A stretch of DNA of 64,000 bases from Octopus vulgaris (taxonomy: Eukaryota): assembly GCA_951406725.2 (NCBI GenBank), contig OX597817.1, forward strand, positions 54,002,001 to 54,066,000, written 5' to 3'. The notes under the pieces are model-generated. The model was not told where the DNA came from, did not search any database, and saw nothing but the letters and a program-made list of their open reading frames with translations. Of the stretch, positions 51,704 to 64,000 are shown one piece after another. The position numbers and the translations under genes were made by a program. Positions within the stretch are counted from its first letter, which is position 1; every line of letters begins with the position of its first letter.

Positions 51704-51888
51704 GGTCCTTATACTGTAATGAAGCAACAGCTACCATCTTAAACAGAAATGTTAGCAATCATTTGAGTCGGCAGCGGAGACGTCTTATTCGTACAGCAGT
51801 TTTCACGGGAGACAACTTTATACTCAGAGGAGATAACTTGTGTCAATATCATGAAGATTTTTTTTTTTTTATCCCGATTTCTATTTAG
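51704..51888 (+). CDS. Tentative terminal exon of the MFSD1-like gene (GSLYCNEATATILNRNVSNHLSRQRRRLIRTAVF...IPISI*)
   Basis: CAG acceptor after AT-rich intron; open for about 60 codons in phase 1; AT-rich UTR-like sequence and AATAAA near 52136 follow. No homology support. Confidence 0.3.
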
Positions 51889-53841
51889 TTCCGTTTCCAT
51901 ACGGTACCAATCACCGACATCAATATTATCGATGAGAAAGGAATTTTGCGTTTTTATTGTTGTTTCATGAAATTTACTAAATTAATGCCAATTATTACTT
52001 TCAAAGCCAAGTTTCAATCATTTTGTTAATTACTTCATTATTTCTGTTACACAATTTAATTATCACAAAAAAATATTTATTTACTGCCTATGTGGATGAA
52101 TAGACCAAAATATTTTATATACAACATCTTATGGAAATAAAAAAAAAAATATACATAAAAATGCCACCAGTCTTTTGTCATCATTCAATTGTGTATCTAT
52201 TCGTTAAAAAATATATTGGTTTACCAATAGTGGTCGATATTTTCGAATGATCAAGGATGATTAACAAACTTCTACATGGTTGTTATTACAGTTAGAAATA
52301 GCAGCGAATTATTCTTGAAACAATATCGTTTACAAAAAAAAAAAAAAAAAAAAATCGGGCACAGGAGTGGCTGTGTGGTAAGTGGCTTGCTTACCAATCA
52401 CGTGCTTCCGGGTTCAGTCTCACTAGGTAGCAGGCAGTGAGACTTCTATAGCCTCGGGCCGACCAAAACCTTGAGTGGATTTGGTTGACGGAAAGAAGCC
52501 TGTCGTGTATGTATGTGTGTGTGTGTGTGTATATATGTATATATGTATGTATATAGTCTCTCCAGCATCGTTTGGCAACCGATGCTGGTGTGTTTACGTC
52601 CCCGTTATTTAGAGGTTCGGCAAAAGTGATCGATAGAATAAGTACCAGGCTTACAAAGAATAAGTCCTAGGGTCGATTTGCTCGACTAAATACGGTGCTC
52701 CAGCATGGCCACAGTCAAATGACTGATACTAGTAAAAGAATATTATTAAAAAAATCTGTGGTCATAGCTGGAACGCTTGGAATCTAAAACGGTAATTAGC
52801 CAGACGGAATTTAATGATTTCTTGTTAAAAATCGATGAAGTCAATTTTACTTAAAACAAATAAATTACTCATGTTGGAGACGATCGTGATTGGTATCGAT
52901 CTCGCGTTTGATTTATCTAATGATGAATTGCATCGCCCGACCCACCATCTTCAATAATTCCTTCCTGTATTTAGTTTCATCATTTTTGCTACTTCGAGGT
53001 CAAATTCCGTCGAGGTCTATTTTATTTTAACGTGGGGTGTATGTGTGAAAATCCAGTAGTTTAGAGAACGGGACTCGACACTTTTTGAGTTAGCGACACA
53101 AACAAGTATACTCTTTTACTTGTTTCAGTCATTTGACTGCGGCCATGCTGGAGCACCGCCTTTAGTCTAGCAAATCGACTCCAGGATTTATTCTTTCTAA
53201 GCCTAGTACTTATTCTATCGGTCTCTTTTTGCCGAACCGCTAAGTTACGGGGACGTAAACACACCAGCATCGGTTGTCAAGCGATGTTGGACACACACAC
53301 ACATAAAAATACGACGGGCTTCTTTCAGTTTCCATCAACCAAATCCACTCACAAGGCTTTGGTCGGCCCGAGGCTATAGTTAAAGACACTTGCCTAAGGT
53401 GTCACGCAGTAGGACTGAACCCGGAACCGTGTGGTTGGTAAGCAAGCTACTTACCACACAGCCACTCCTGCGCCTATACCTTATTTTATTATTATTTTTT
53501 TTTTTTTTACAATAATTCTCAGAATCTATATATGACAAGGCTGCCTCCATTAAATCACGGGTACAATCCACCGATGAACTTCCACATAGTTTCCGCCAAT
53601 CCAGTTTTACTCCCAAATGAATGGATCGAGGTTATACAAAATGACATTTGTTCAACATGCAACACAGTGGAATCGAACCTATGTCCTCATGGTTGCGAAC
53701 GGAATTTCACTCATTCGATCATTCTGCATCTATAAAATAGGCAACAGAAAGATGTCGTAACGTTTCAAAGAATTTTTTTGCTTCAAAATCTAGAACCATT
53801 TAACTCTTAATGTGGAAGCTTTCAGCGAAACTCGACGAAAT

Positions 53842-54566
53842 CGGGGCCGGATTAAGACCCCATAGAGGGCCCTAAGTACTTAAATGATTTTCGTGTCCCC
53901 CTTATACATGTAATTCAAACATATAAACATTAATAAACCATTGACTTAAATGAAACAAAACTCGTGGCACTCCGTCGATTGCAACGACGAGGGTTTCAGT
54001 TGATTCAATCAACGGAACAGCCTGATCGTGAAATTAACGTGCAAATGACTGAGTACTCTACAGACACATGTACCTTGAACGTAGTTCTCGGAGATACAGT
54101 GTGACAAGGCTGGCCCTTTGAAATACAGGTACAACAGAAAGAAAGAATGAGGGAAAGTTGCGGTGAAAGATTACAGCAGGGTTCGCCCCCCCCTGCCGCA
54201 GCTTTTAGTGTTTTCGATCAATAAATACTCACAACGCCCAGTATGGAAATCGAAACTGCGATCCTATGACCGTGAGTCTGCTGCCCTAACCTCTGGTCCA
54301 TTACGCCTCCACGAAACAAAGCTAACAATAAGATGAATATTTATTATTTTGTTGGATTTGAAGTAGTCTCTTTTAAAAACTGCAAAGCTTTTGATTAGAT
54401 CCTCAAAATTAATCTAATGCAACACATCTGTTTCTATACTTAGTTGCGATAAGGTACCCCAGTGGTTTCTTTTGTGCCGTAAACCACTTACCATTTCTGT
54501 GGTGCCTCCATTTCCCTTGATGCCTTGGGGACGCACTTATTTTGCTTAATGGTTAATCCAGCGCTG
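53842..54566. mobile_element. hAT-like MITE with a nested SINE
   Basis: Termini CGGGGCCGGATTAA / TTAATCCAGCGCTG; 8-bp flanks GACGAAAT/CTCGAAAT (6/8 match); SINE at about 53962-54312 flanked by GAAACAAA. Confidence 0.6.
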
Positions 54567-56079
54567 CTCGAAATAAAGAACGTGGAAGAGTCACTGACAG
54601 ATTTCGATTCTGGTTCGAATTTTAAAGAGTACTTCAAAACTGAGAACACATTTAGTGGTGTTAGCTACTAAATGGTTTCCTTGTAAGAGTGGAGTATTGT
54701 CAGTCTTACGGCATCATATGAAAATACTACAGGCTTAAGTGAAAACCATTTAGTAGCCGGGTATCAGGCTCCCAATGATGACCATCTTCAGTGAGATCGA
54801 AACACGGATGTCCCAAATTTCATTTTCAAGATCATCTCATATGGTCTCCATCTTTAAGCGGGCTCCTTTCCAATCGGTGGGAGTCGCCCCCTGCTGCTAA
54901 TCGGAAGGCATGGAGGTCCGTGTGTGATGTAGGAGCAGAGTGATTCGAAACCGAACGCAAGTGACTGCATGAAGAGAGATGTCATCATCAACCCTCTACG
55001 GCTGTTGTTCGGGGTCACTTCCAGTATTCTCAGTGCCACAGGGTCCATATTGCTTTTGTCAGAGAAACAGTGCTAGAGGAGGAGATGGATGAATGTCATA
55101 GATCAACGCTCTCATAAGCAAATAAACATTGCCAGTCGTAATATATTGTTATATAATTTATGGGGTTTGGTCTTTGAACCCTGACACAACCACCTACAAA
55201 GGTTGTAGTTGATTCTGCGGAGTCTATTATCTACCAATATTTTATCAGACTCATTTGCAGGCCGGGCAAAATGCTTAGCGGCATCTCATTTCACTGGAAT
55301 CAATCTAATCGTCTTATCTCTTACCCGCTAAAATTGCTGGTCCAAATTTGAAACCAATATTTTATCAAGCTCTATCAAACAGCAAAATTTACTTTCACAC
55401 CATTAGCGGCATTCCTCCTGTAAATATTCGGGCCAGGCTGCCTCCACCTGCAAGTTTTGGAGAGATCGCAAAGTACTCATTGACAGCGATCTTCTCTCAC
55501 CGACGAAATGGTTAAGATAACGACTTCGGGTAAGGGTCACCATGACAGGACCTCCGAAAGTGGTGAAGAAAAATGGAAGAAACCGCGCGGTGTGTTGTAA
55601 TAATTACTGCATTAGGATAATGAATTCTGCAGACCTAGCTCAGATACTCTCTAGAGAGGGATCTCTGCTAAAGGCTGGAAGTGGTGATGACATTGTCAGA
55701 CCAGTTGACGCAGCATAAGTCTATCACTCGCAAACAAACTGTTCTCACTTTCTATAAAATCTCCCTTACAAAGCTTGCCTGAATCGCAAACTATGGTTGT
55801 AGACACGCTACTGCAAAATTAACTTCTTAACCTCATAGCAATAAGGGGAACTCATCAAATACAATTGTTGCCTAAAAACATAGCAATGTCTTCAACTTAA
55901 TATGAATTGGTTTCTCAGGCGCAGGAGTGGTTGTGTGATAAGTAGCTTGCTTACCAGCCACATGGTTCCGGGTTCAGTCCTACTGCGTGGCACCTTGGGC
56001 AAGTGTCTTCTACTATAGCCTCGGGCTGACCAAAGCCTTGTGAGTGGATTTGGTAGACAGAAACTAAAAGAAGCTCGTC

Positions 56080-56121
<42 letters not shown>

Positions 56122-56699
56122 ATGCGTGTGTATATATGTGTGTGTGTCTGCTTGTCCACCCAGCATCGCTTGACAACCGATGCTGGTGTGTTTACGTCCC
56201 CGTAACTTAGCGGTTCGGCAAAAGAGACCGATAGAATAAGTACTAGGCTTACAAAGAATAAGCTCTGGGGTAGATTTGCCTCAAGTGATGTTACTGTTCT
56301 TTAGCTTTTGATCAGCTTTGATCAAGTAAATATATATTTCTTTATTGCCTACAGGGGCTAGACACAGAGGGGACAAACAAGGACAGACAAAGGGTCGATT
56401 ACATCGACCCCAGTGCATAACTGGTACTTATTTAATCGACCCCACAAGAATGAAAGGCAGAGTCGGCCTTGGCAGAATTTGAACGTAACGGCGTGCTAAC
56501 GTTTCTGCCAGCTCGCCGCATTCTGATCAAGTAAACATAGAGCCTACAGACTACAGAACTGGAAATTATATTGTTTTTTTTTTTGTGACCAATAAGTGAT
56601 CGAGAGATGACAATTGTTCTCGCCTTTGAACAGAATGATAGTTGGTCACACGAATGAACCCCGCACCGCATCTTATTGCTGGTAGTCAGTTGAATGTAT

Positions 56700-57000
56700 T
56701 GGGTCGCTCGGCCCAGTCTGGAATGTGACATGAACAGAGGGTATTTGAGAAGGTAGACGTTCTGGGAAGAAATTGTAGGATCTGGGATAGGACATATAGA
56801 GTTGAGAGTGCCCAGATGGAGGTAGTATGTAGCCAGTTCAAAGCAGAGGCTACTGTAGTAGAGGTAGAAAAGGCAATGAGGTGACATAGATTGTCTGTAT
56901 ATTGGAAATTGGAATGTGTTTGAATAAAGTCAAACCATGCGATGTGAGTTGCGATAATGGCTTCTTTGCTATGTGCAGAAATTGTCATTTTTGCTGTAGA
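56700..57000 (-). pseudogene. Degenerate CR1-group LINE fragment
   Basis: Frameshifted ATHIAWFDFIQ...CLFYLYYSSLCFELA, the same motif class as the 14.1 kb fragment. Confidence 0.5.
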
Positions 57001-58039
57001 ACGAAACAAAAATTGACATTTCGTTGGAGGAGGATTTCCAATCTCTGTTCTTGGAATTTGCAAATTCGGAATCCTTTGGTTTTATGTGGAGGATTCGTAT
57101 GAGCGGAAGATTAGGGAAGAATGAAAACTGGCATCATTTGTGGAAGAGTGGAGTTTGGTGGTGGTGACGGCCAATCAGTCGTTGATGCTTATCTTTGTTC
57201 TTGTTTCAGTCATTAGACTGCGGCCATGCTGGGGCACCGCCTTCAAGATTTTTTTACTCGAATGAACCGACTCCAGCGCTTATTTTTTTAAAAGGCTAGT
57301 ACTTATTGTAGCGGTCTCTTAGGCCGAACCGCTAAGTTACGGGGAGGTAAACACACCGATACCGGTTGTCAAGTGGTAGTAGGAGACAAACACAAAAAAA
57401 ACCCACAAAATGCTTCTTTCAGTTTCTGTTTACCATATCAAGTCACATGACTGTGGTTGTCCCGAGGCTAAAGAAGACACTTGCTCAAGGTGTCACGCAG
57501 AGGGACTGAACTTAGAGCCATGTGGTTGGGAAGCTAGCTTCTTACCACATAACCATGCCTGCGGTTAGGAGGAAGCGTATACAGTAATCTGAAACATTTG
57601 GTCCCAAAACTATATTCTGAGGACAACTGGGAATAATGTGATTAGCACCACACTTCCGAACAAACGTATGTCTTTTAAAATATTCTTTCCTACTCTAGGC
57701 ACAAGGCCTAAAACTTTTGGGGAGCGGTCAGTCGATTAGATCGACCCCCAGTAAGCAACTAACTGGTGCTTAATTTATTGACCCCGAAAGGATGAAAGGC
57801 AAAGTCGACTACGGCGGAATTTGAACTCAGAACGTAACGACAGACGAAATACATATTTCTTTACTACCCACAAGGGGCTAAATACAGAGAGGACAAACAT
57901 GGACAGACAAACGGATTAAGTCGACAATATCGACCCCAGTGCGTAATTGGTACTTAATTTATCGACCCCGAAAGGATGAAAGGCAAAGGCAAAGCAGACA
58001 TAATACATATGACAAGTCTTGTGGTAGTCGCAACATCAA

Positions 58040-58639
58040 TGCCGCCACCACCATTACCACCACACCACCACCACTGTTACCACCACCTCCACCATCACCT
58101 CCACTATCACCACCACTACCACTACCACCACAAACGTACCACCATCACCACTACCGCCATCACTACTATCATAAAACCGCCACCAACACCACAACCATTA
58201 CCTTCACCACCACCACCACCACCACCACCATCATCTTCCTCAACAACACCACCAATACCATTCTCTTACAACACTCCAAAACTGCCATCTTTTGGAGGCG
58301 AAGTCCTTCTAAATATTTCTGACTTTTATTATTCTAATGTCTTGGAAGATTTCTTCACTTTGCACCAATGACGTCATTGCTACCACAAAAGACATTTCGA
58401 ATCGCTTCCTCCTCCTTCCTCTCTCATTCCTTCTCTCTATCACTTCTCTTCTCTCACTCCTCCCTCACTGCTCTTCTCTCTTACTCTTTCATTTCTCGCT
58501 CTCTCTCCCCTTCTCTCCTCTATTTCATTCTTCCCTCCTCTTTCTCTCATTCCTTCACTTCTTTCATTCAGCTTCTGCTGCCATTATACTTTTTCACTCT
58601 TTCCTACTTTTTTCATTCATTGTTGTCAAATTTATTTCG

Positions 58640-58674
<35 letters not shown>

Positions 58675-59349
58675 GTTTTCCTTGGTAGTGGTATTGGTGA
58701 TGTGTATTTATGTAGTAGTAATAGTATTAGTAGTAGTAATATTATTACTATTATTAGTAGAGTACTGTGGTGTGCATTGATGTAGTAGTGGTGGTGGTGG
58801 TAGTGGTATTGGTGGTAGTAGAGAGTGTGGACTCGATGATGGTGGTGTTGATGGTAGTGGTGGTGGTGGTGGTGATGGTGGTGATGGTGGTGGTAGAGAG
58901 GGTGGTGGTGTTGTTGCGTGTTGTGAGGTGTGTAATTGTGCTGAAGTGTATAGAACCGAAAAGGGATGGAGAGACAGGTTGGCTTCAAATAAAAGAAGAA
59001 GAAGAAGAAGAAGGTGGGAGAGGTGGAGGGAGAGGAGAGGAGGGGGGGAGGAGAGGATAAAGGCAGCACTCAATTATAATGAACATCATGTCGTATCGCC
59101 TGGGGTATGTTGAATGAATAATATTGGTGGAGGTGGAGGGGGCGGGGGCGGGGGTGGGGGCGGGGCGGGGCGGGCGGGCGTCGGTATAGAAGAGGACAGA
59201 AACGGACAGAAACAGGCAGACAGACAGACCGACAGACAGACGGACAAACAAAATGGCTGTAGTGGAGGAACTGCACCAAGTACATTAGAGAATTCAACCT
59301 CGACGTCAACAACAACAACAACATCATCATAATCATCACCATCGTCATC

Positions 59350-59387
<38 letters not shown>

Positions 59388-59645
59388 CGAGAACGACAAC
59401 AATGTATGACGTCAGAGTAAGAGAGGACAAACTGCTTCCGAAATACAATTGACCAGATCGATATTTCTTAGTCCATTCCTTAGTTTCAAACCAAAATGCC
59501 GTTTATTGGCAGCATTTCTTCAAATTTATTTGCTCTTCTCACACTCCTCCGACATCTTCGGCTTTCGTTTCTCTTTTCTCTTTTATTCTATTCAGTAATA
59601 CTGCAAAGCTCATAACAGTACAAAACGAACACCAGCAGCAGAAGT

Positions 59646-59679
<34 letters not shown>

Positions 59680-59720
59680 ATGGCAGTAGTAGTGGTGGTG
59701 GTGGTGGTGGTGGTGGTGGT
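58040..59720. repeat. Low-complexity block: (CAC)n, CT-rich, (GGT)n, G-rich, (AAC)n, (CAG)n
   Basis: Direct inspection. Confidence 0.9.
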
Positions 59721-59826
59721 ATCGTGGCATTGCAATAGTACAACCGGAGTATTATGAGAATTGTAAAGTCATACACTCTTCACCGTATACGATTACACAG
59801 CTCAGATGACCTACAGCTTTACACAG

Positions 59827-59906
<80 letters not shown>

Positions 59907-60420
59907 ACTTATACGTATATGTGTACATATGTACGTGTATAGTTATATATATATATATATATGCATATAAGTATTCATAAATATGTATATATGTATAAAA
60001 ACGTAGGAGTGGCTTACTAACCACATGGTTCCAGGTTCAGTCTCGGAGCGTGGCAACTTGGGCAAGTGTCTTCTACTATGGCCTCAGGTCGACCAAAGCC
60101 TTGTGAGTGGATTTGGTAGACAGCGACTGTAAGAAGCCCGTCGTATACATATATATATAGGTTTGTACGTATGTATGTATTTGTGTGTCTGTGTTTGTCC
60201 CCCCACCATCGGTTGGCAACCGCTGTTGGTGTGTCTCCGTCCCCGTAACTTAGCGGTTCGGCAAAACAACGGATAGGGTAAGTGCTAGGCTTACAAAGAA
60301 TAAGTCCTGGGGTCAATTTGTTCGACTAAAGGCGGTGCTCCAGCATGACTGAAACAAATAAAAGAATATATACTTACACCTAAATATATGCACATCTAAA
60401 TTTGCATATACTGTATATGA

Positions 60421-60488
<68 letters not shown>

Positions 60489-60847
60489 ATATATTATATA
60501 TATATATATATATATACACGTAGAAACATAGTTGTGCATATATTTGTATGACTATATACATACATACATACATACATACATACATACATACATACATACA
60601 TACATACATACATACATACATGCATACATATATAGAGGTTATGAGAGGTAATGGTGTCAATAAGACCCATAGGTGTCAGGTAATGTTGAGTAAGTGCTAT
60701 GGATAGACCATAGTTAAGCTCCAGGTTCGGTGATTATGCGAATAAGGACTCCAACGTAGGTCATATATCAGCATGTTTATATATAAAAATGTTCAGAATG
60801 AGATAAAATTCTAAGGCTGTGAAAGATTTTAGAACATTTATAAATAG

Positions 60848-60895
60848 GTCTTACAGCTGTTTCCAGGATATATATTATATCCCTTCATCGGAGAC
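60848..60895 (-). ncRNA. Minimal (Penelope-type) hammerhead motif, U4>C core variant
   Basis: Reverse complement: GTCT-CCGATGA-A-GGGATATA ata TATATCCT-G-GAAA-CAGCTG-TA-AGAC; palindromic stem III. Confidence 0.65.
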
Positions 60896-61221
60896 GGTGT
60901 GAGAAAATGATTAAGCAAAAGTTATTCTAGAGGAGGAATGAAGACAGACGTGAGGTATGTAGGGATATTGCATTTGTAGATCCATTATTTAGGCAGAATG
61001 GTATACATATAAGATTCCAGTTCCTAGTAAGTTCCAATTGTATTTAAAATTGGTCATTCCAAGTATAGAGTTTGAACACGGTGTTATTGAATCGAAGGTT
61101 TTATTTACATACATACATACATACATGCATGCATGCATACATACATACATACATACATACATACATACATACATACATACATACATACATACATACATAC
61201 ATACATACATACATACATACA

Positions 61222-61254
<33 letters not shown>

Positions 61255-61898
61255 GTGTGTATGTATATGTAGTATATATATATATATATTGTGGCGCTCC
61301 GTCGGTTACGACAACGAGGGTTCCAGTTGATCCGATCAACGGAATAACCTGCTCAAAAATGAACGTGCAAGTGGCTGAGCACTCTACAGACACATGCACT
61401 TTCAACGTAGTTCTCGGGGAGATTCAGTGTGACAGGGTTGGCCCCTTTGAAATACAGGTACAACAGAAACAAGAAGAAAGAGTGAGAGAAAGCTGTGATG
61501 AAAGAGTACACCAGGGTTCGCCACCCACCCCTGCCTCGTGGGAGATTTAGACGTTTTCGCTCAATAAATACTCACAACGCCCCGTCTGGGAATCGAAACC
61601 ACGATCCTACGACTGCAAGTCCGCTGCCCTAACCACTGGGCCATTGCATGTATGTATTATGTATATGCATGTATGTGTAGTCTTCTTGAGCACTTCGACG
61701 CATTCCATTTGGGTTTTTTTTCCTGATATATGTTAGGTCCAGTTTTTTCGTTTGTTTAATTAACCAAGACATAAATCATAAATCATAAATCATAAATCAT
61801 AGCGTTCTGTGTCGCTGCTGATTCATCTTGAAATTCTACTGATTAAATATTTTGGTTAGATCTTCTAAAGTGGCAATACTTTGTTTCGTCTACACACA

Positions 61899-61963
<65 letters not shown>

Positions 61964-62519
61964 ATATACTCTCTAATATTGAACAGAGAGAATGAGTGTT
62001 CAACACGGCTTTGGTGGATAAAGATCTTTCATTTGTGGGTCAGCAAGGCTGCCATTGGTTTTATGCCGAGAGAAATCTCTCAGCAATTATCAAGCGTGCC
62101 ACACGGAACGTTGGTATTTGTCTCTCGGCATGAAACCAATGGTAGCCTTATTCATTCGAAAACCAAAGACGAAGACAGGTGGTGTACAAAACAAACAGAT
62201 GTATTAGTATAACGCTCAGGAATTAGAAAAAGTTTTTTGCGTTTCGAGCCTACGCTCTTCTACAGAAAGTGACACAGAAAAAACAAGGAAAGAAACAAGG
62301 AGAGAAAAAAATGTGTAGAGAAAAAACTGGATATATATATATATATGCTCTGTGTGTCCGTGCACGCACACACAGACACACATACACGCACGCACACATA
62401 CGAATATTCTCGCAGAGCATTCAATATCTCTAATACATGATCGCTGTACATATCCTGTCATGTTGAAACACTAATTTATTCGGTTGCACAGCTCAGTTCT
62501 ATGGAGCCTGATGAAATAA

Positions 62520-62790
62520 AAACACATGGACATTACAAATGCATGACACAAGGAAAATTTAAGCAAAGAGTTTATAAACATATAGACGCCATTAAACGCA
62601 GAGATAAAAAGAACAATGCAACATTTGTTGAATGCTTTCGCAAATTAAATGCATTCACAAATTAAAAATGGCTTCGCACGCTAATATTAAATGGAAAATT
62701 CTGCTAGATTCAAAAATTGGAAACTTGTGAAGTATGAAAAGCAGGGAAGAGAAAAATCTTCATAATCTCTTATAAACAAGAGCTCTAATT
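62520..62790 (+). pseudogene. Penelope-like element GIY-YIG endonuclease remnant
   Basis: Frameshifted YKCMTQGKFKQR/FYKH...DKKNNAT...NIKWKIL...LINKS resembles Penelope YIGMTEGxFKxRYxNH...IKWxIL...LLNKR. Confidence 0.55.
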
Positions 62791-63407
62791 AAGTAAGACA
62801 TAAAAAATATTCGGAAAATGCTGATACTTTGTAAAGCACTTATTATGCCACTGGGAAATATTAACGATTGGAACATGGACAAATATCTCATATAACTTCA
62901 CCTTACATTTTCTTTATCCATTCCTCTTCTAGATTTACATACGTGCGTATGTATGCATGTATTTATGTACGTACGTGCGTATGTATGTATGTATGTATGT
63001 ATGTATGTATGTATGTATGTATGTATGTATGTATGTATGTATGCATAATTCCTGAAGTGCATACAGAACAACGAGAAGCCAGTAATAACGTATCTATTTA
63101 TCCTCCAAACGTTCTGGCAGATTTGAACGCACGAATATACCGATTGTTGATTTTCGTCGGAGGAGGACATCTCCCTTTAGAAAATGTGAGTTCATATTAC
63201 GTGCGATTTGTAGATGTAAAGGGTCTTTGAGAGATGGTGGTGTTTTCCCTTATGGGTGGCTCTTCAGTCAGATCAGTATCCGGATACAGTTCGTCTAAAT
63301 GGAGGAAATGTTCATCGATGACAAAACCAGACTAAAGCGATCAGCATTCTCTGGTTCGAATCTACTTGGCCCTACTGAAAACAAATTCTTGGAAATAAAT
63401 TGATGCC

Positions 63408-63575
63408 TGTATGTATGTATGTATGTATGTATGTATGTATGTATGTATGTATGTATGTATGTATGTATGTATGTATGTATGTATGTATGTATGTATGTAC
63501 ATACATACATACATACATACATACATACATACATACATACATACATACATACATACATACATACATACATACATT
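63408..63575. repeat. (TATG)n(TACA)n palindromic tetranucleotide microsatellite
   Basis: The two halves are reverse complements. Confidence 0.95.
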
Positions 63576-63735
63576 TATATACATACACAGACATGCAGGA
63601 AGTAAACAGACACCTTTAATTTTCAAAATATCTGATCTAAGCGTCTTAATATGTTTTCAGCGGTGTAGAATTTACAATGTAATTATTCCTTTTCATTCCA
63701 GATGCCATTATATTAAATATTTGCGAAGAGTAACC

Positions 63736-64000
63736 ATGCCACGCACAAAAAATTCAGCAGAACTGTCAGATTTTCAAAGAGGTCGTTTTGTTGAGCAATC
63801 TGAGGCTGGTCTTAGCTAGCGAAAAATTGCCGAAAATCTTCAAAGTCCTCTTGAAATGCACTATAATAGAATTATAGTGCAATTAAAAAGCCAAGGAAAA
63901 GAATGAACAGATTCTCATCCCGGCCGACCTGGACCCTCGGAAAAGAAGCTTCGCTGTTTGAAAACGAACCCTGTTCGAAGGCTTCTGACATTGCAAAACA
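63736..64000 (+). pseudogene. Tc1-like transposase N-terminus (HTH), disrupted; runs off the window
   Basis: MPRTKNSAELSDFQRGRFVEQSEAGLS*RKIAENLQ...(fs)...HPGRP matches Tc1 ELSDFxRG..IA..L..GRP; internal stops. Confidence 0.75.

Noticed and set aside
54770-54815. Hammerhead-like ATGATGA...GAAACAcggaTGTC
   Set aside because: C3 is missing and there is no stem I pairing.
57939-59776. His/Pro/Gly/Val-rich ORFs
   Set aside because: Products of simple repeats that are open in multiple frames.
63240-63275. Minus-strand CTGAAGA-GCCACCCATAAGGG
   Set aside because: Stem II is incomplete and there is no cleavage-site helix.

Overview
This is AT-rich, repeat-saturated animal genomic DNA. The tRNA-derived SINE families and microsatellite load look like a coleoid cephalopod (Octopus-like; inference, not verified). 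One host gene can be assembled by hand on the + strand: a multi-exon MFS transporter of the MFSD1 family. It has 12 phase-consistent GT-AG exons from 22342 to 47291 (1326 nt, 442 codons) plus two tentative 3' exons at 50329-50365 and 51704-51888. The ORF track misses almost all of it. The rest is mostly mobile DNA: three abundant tRNA-SINE families, CR1- and RTE-type LINE 3' fragments, non-autonomous Helitrons, Tc1/mariner, hAT and piggyBac-like MITEs, a Penelope-like endonuclease remnant and a Tc1 transposase pseudogene. The most striking unexplained signal is about 10 type-I hammerhead ribozyme motifs from several unrelated repeat families. Two have intact cores: 39664-39707 (-) and 45070-45116 (+). 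The second lies sense within an intron of the transporter, at the tip of a ~147-nt rod hairpin. Another sits in the loop of a ~60-bp inverted repeat, and another forms the tail of a tRNA-headed SINE-like element. Also notable are one SINE family that recurs as head-to-tail multimers with a fixed junction (possible self-targeting), and several fold-back structures. All calls are by eye; no database searches or folding software were run.
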